Shown in pieces: positions 61,124-64,000 of a stretch of 64,000 nucleotides of DNA. The notes below the pieces were generated by a model. That model was given only the letters and a program-made list of their open reading frames with translations, ran no database searches and was not told the origin of the DNA. The stretch is from the NCBI GenBank assembly GCA_963719505.1, contig CAVRCF010000001.1:768001-832000 (forward strand), read 5' to 3'. Numbering within the stretch: the first letter of the stretch is position 1; each line of letters opens with the position of its first letter. The stretch is from Halobacteriovoraceae bacterium (GTDB lineage Bacteria > Bdellovibrionota > Bacteriovoracia > Bacteriovoracales > Bacteriovoracaceae). Both the position numbers and the translations under genes were made by a program.

Positions 61124-62323
61124 ATGAAAATTTTAATTTTACTTATTCCCTTTTTCGCTTTTGGATCTGTTACTCAGAACAATTATCCCTGGGCAATACA
61201 TTGTTAAGGGGTCTCAGTTTATTGTCGGTCAAAAGCTTCGAGATCTTGGAGACGATGTCTTTTTAATTAAAACCAAAGATAAGATTAAAGTTGATAATAT
61301 AAATGTCTTTTATAATTTCCAATATAGTGGAGAGTTTAAAGAATCAAAGATTGAATCCACTAAAAGTAATGATGCTCTATTGGGGGATCAAAAACACCAT
61401 CTTATGATCAAATCCCTTGAGGCTTGGAAGATTAGTCAGGGCAGTAAGAAAGATTATTGTTGCTGTTACGGATAATGAATTTGAAATGGATCACGATGAT
61501 TTAAAACATGCGTGGTGGAAAAATGAAAAAGAGATCCCTGGCAATGGAATCGATGACGATCAAAATGGATACGTTGACGATATTAATGGATGGGATTTTG
61601 TCACACAAGATAACGATCCCAATGTTGAAGAGGGACCAACTCATGGAACTCATGTCTCTGGAATTATTGCCGCTTCTTTAAATAATAAAATTGGCGTGGC
61701 CGGAATCGCACCAAATGTTTCGATTATGCCCCTTCGTTGGTACGGGGATGAGAGAAGTTGGAATACCGCTTTGGTGGTTGAGACTTATCGCTATGCCATT
61801 GAAAATGGAGCGAATATTATTAATACAAGTTATAATATCGATCCTTTAGTTGAGGATCCCGCTTATCTTAGACGTGATTCAATACGCGAAAAAAAATGAA
61901 GTCATTATTTTTAATTCTGCTGGAAATGATTATAAAAAAGATCCTCCCAGAGGTGTTGTCAAAGATATTGTTTTGGTTTGCTCTGTCAGAAGTTCTAAAG
62001 AGAGACATTTTGATAAGAAATCGAATTTTTCAAATTATGGTTCTGAAATAGATGTCTGCGCTCCAGGTGATCCTATTCTTTCAACAGTTCAGCGACGCTA
62101 TCTTGGGGAGAGTCGCTACGGTGAGCTTGAAGGCACCTCAATGTCCTCTCCAGTTGCTGCGGCAGTGGCGGCCTTAATTTGGTCTCACTTTCCAGAACTC
62201 ACGGCGTCTGGGGTGGTGAGGAAACTTTTAGATTCAGCTGATAATATAGATGAAAAAAATAAACGTAAATATAAAGGAATGCTTGGAAGCGGAAGAGTGA
62301 ATGCTCTGGAAGCTTTGAGATAG
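61124..62323 (+). CDS. S8 subtilisin-like serine protease, split by about 3 frameshifts
   Basis: VAVTD, GNGIDDDQNGYVDD, HGTHVSG, GTSMSSP across ORFs 61161/61417/61850; signal peptide from ATG 61124. Confidence 0.85.
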
Positions 62324-62335
62324 AGGGATAAAAAA

Positions 62336-63328
62336 ATGAAAAAGATTTTAGTCACAGGTGGAGCTGGATATATTGGATCTCATGTTGTTAAGCAACTTGG
62401 TGAAGCCGGTTATGATGTGGTTGTTTATGATAATTTATCAACAGGTAATAAAAATGCTATTTTGTTTGGGGAACTTGTCGAAGGGGATCTTGAAGATCAT
62501 AAAAAACTCGATGACACTTTTGCTAAACATAAGTTTGATGGTGTGATGCACTTTGCTGGATCAATTGTTGTTCCAGAAAGTGTGGAAAAGCCCATTCTTT
62601 ATTATAAAAATAATACAGAAAATTCTCTAAATTTAATTAGTATGTGTGAAAAACATGGTGTCTCTAGTTTTATCTTCTCATCTACTGCAGCTGTTTATGG
62701 AGTGCCTGAAGGTGATGAAGCGAGTGAGGAGACCCCTACACTTCCTATTAATCCTTATGGTCAATCAAAACTTATGACTGAACATATGCTTAGAGACACT
62801 TCCTTTGCCAATGATAATTTTAACTATGTCGCTTTAAGATATTTCAATGTCTCAGGAGCAGATCCATCTGGAAAGATTGGACAGGCCTTTCCAGGGGCCA
62901 CTCATCTGATTAAAGTTAACTGCGAAGCCGCTGTTGGAAAGAGAGAGAAAACTTATATCTTTGGAACGGACTTTAATACTCCTGATGGAACGGGTGTTCG
63001 CGATTATATTCACGTGGTCGATCTTGCTGCGGCTCACTTAAAAGCGATTGAGTATCTGTTTGAGAATAAGAAGTCTCAGGTTCTCAATTGTGGTTATGGT
63101 CATGGGTTCTCAGTCAAAGAAGTGGTAAAGACTGTTAAAGCGGTAACAAAGAGTGACTATACAGTTATTGAAACTGATAGACGTGCAGGTGATCCAGCCA
63201 AACTTATTTCTCGAGCTTCTAAAATAAAAGAAGTTTTGGGATGGACACCAAAACATGATGATCTAGAATTTATTATTAAAACAGCTTTTGAATGGGAAGG
63301 CGGAGAGACTTATAAGTCTTGGAGTTAG
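62336..63328 (+). CDS. galE: UDP-glucose 4-epimerase
   Basis: GGAGYIGSH, SSTAAVYG, YGQSK, LRYFN, DGTGVRDYIHV. Confidence 0.96.
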   Translation: MKKILVTGGAGYIGSHVVKQLGEAGYDVVVYDNLSTGNKNAILFGELVEGDLEDHKKLDDTFAKHKFDGVMHFAGSIVVPESVEKPILYYKNNTENSLNLISMCEKHGVSSFIFSSTAAVYGVPEGDEASEETPTLPINPYGQSKLMTEHMLRDTSFANDNFNYVALRYFNVSGADPSGKIGQAFPGATHLIKVNCEAAVGKREKTYIFGTDFNTPDGTGVRDYIHVVDLAAAHLKAIEYLFENKKSQVLNCGYGHGFSVKEVVKTVKAVTKSDYTVIETDRRAGDPAKLISRASKIKEVLGWTPKHDDLEFIIKTAFEWEGGETYKSWS

Positions 63329-64000
63329 TAATAAAGAGCAAGACCTAATTGAGTTCTATATTCTTTTGGGTCGTACTCACCACTTGAGATGAGACTCACA
63401 CTTTTATTTATCGAATAATTAAAATTATAGTCGATGATATTAAACTCTCTATGACTTTCAAGGTCCTGATAGTATCCCGCCGCTAGAGTTGCTCTTATGG
63501 CATCAGTAGTAAAGAAGAGTGAGTATTTTCCACCCACCAATGATTCACGAATATAACCTTGTCTTGAAATATGTCTAAAGCGAGAATCAACGGCTAGGTA
63601 GCCCACGAGAGAGTCGAGCACATGGGTGGCGAAACCCAGTCCTAAATCTAGGTAGGGAGAGGTTATTTCTTCATACTCCCTTGAGTTACCAAGGCCCACA
63701 GCAAAGTTCCACGAAAAAGTTTTTTCAAGAAGATTCCAAGGGCGAAGGGCCAAAACGGTTGCAAGTTCAGCTCTGTTGAGATGGGCTTTCTTTGTTTCAA
63801 AAAAATCCAAATCTAGTTTTCCCATTTCAAGACTAAAGGTGGAAAAAACATCTCCAGATCTATCGGTAACCTGATGAAGAGCAGTTCTGTTTTGAATATT
63901 AATTCCTATTCGATCATTATCACTAACGGAAGAGAGATTAACTCTACGGGCCCTGTGACCAAGATCAATCTTCTCTAAAGTGACTTTGTTTTGAAACTCA
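63325..64000 (-). CDS. C-terminal part of an outer-membrane beta-barrel protein (possibly DUF4105/Lnb-like); starts beyond window
   Basis: Frame open to window end (GHRARRV...RTALHQVTD); amphipathic strands ending LGLALYY. Confidence 0.55.
   Translation of the reverse strand, partial: EFQNKVTLEKIDLGHRARRVNLSSVSDNDRIGINIQNRTALHQVTDRSGDVFSTFSLEMGKLDLDFFETKKAHLNRAELATVLALRPWNLLEKTFSWNFAVGLGNSREYEEITSPYLDLGLGFATHVLDSLVGYLAVDSRFRHISRQGYIRESLVGGKYSLFFTTDAIRATLAAGYYQDLESHREFNIIDYNFNYSINKSVSLISSGEYDPKEYRTQLGLALYY

Noticed and set aside
1-64000. tRNA, rRNA or CRISPR arrays
   Set aside because: None recognised by eye; a computational scan was not possible

Overview
AT-rich bacterial chromosomal window. 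Gene style (SCG-type lipoproteins, secreted proteases, sigma54-type sites) suggests a Bacteriovoracaceae/Halobacteriovorax-like predator; this is inference. It contains 5'-truncated-by-window metH, sugar/LPS housekeeping genes (manA, kdsD, pEtN transferase, epimerase, eukaryote-type UGPase) and a small accessory island (DUF1640, SWIM-SNF2, RAYT, a candidate type I TA, and a HigBA-like TA between ~66-bp direct repeats). A ~37-kb surface-polysaccharide locus follows: two MBOAT/AlgJ acylation modules (one broken by an IS3-family element), Wzm/Wzt, rmlBADC, VioAB-like genes, WecF-like GT, Wzx, WcaJ, WaaL and ugd. The window ends with a large lipoprotein, a GAD-like decarboxylase, M64 and S8 peptidases and galE. 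The main novel candidates are two stand-alone lipoproteins preceded by sigma54-type GG-N10-GC sites, which by eye resemble anthrax-PA-like and TcA-like toxin translocators, an unannotated hok/mok-like peptide locus, a structured sRNA and a recurring bipartite promoter motif. Several genes carry frameshifts that may be assembly errors. All homology calls are by-eye motif recognition.
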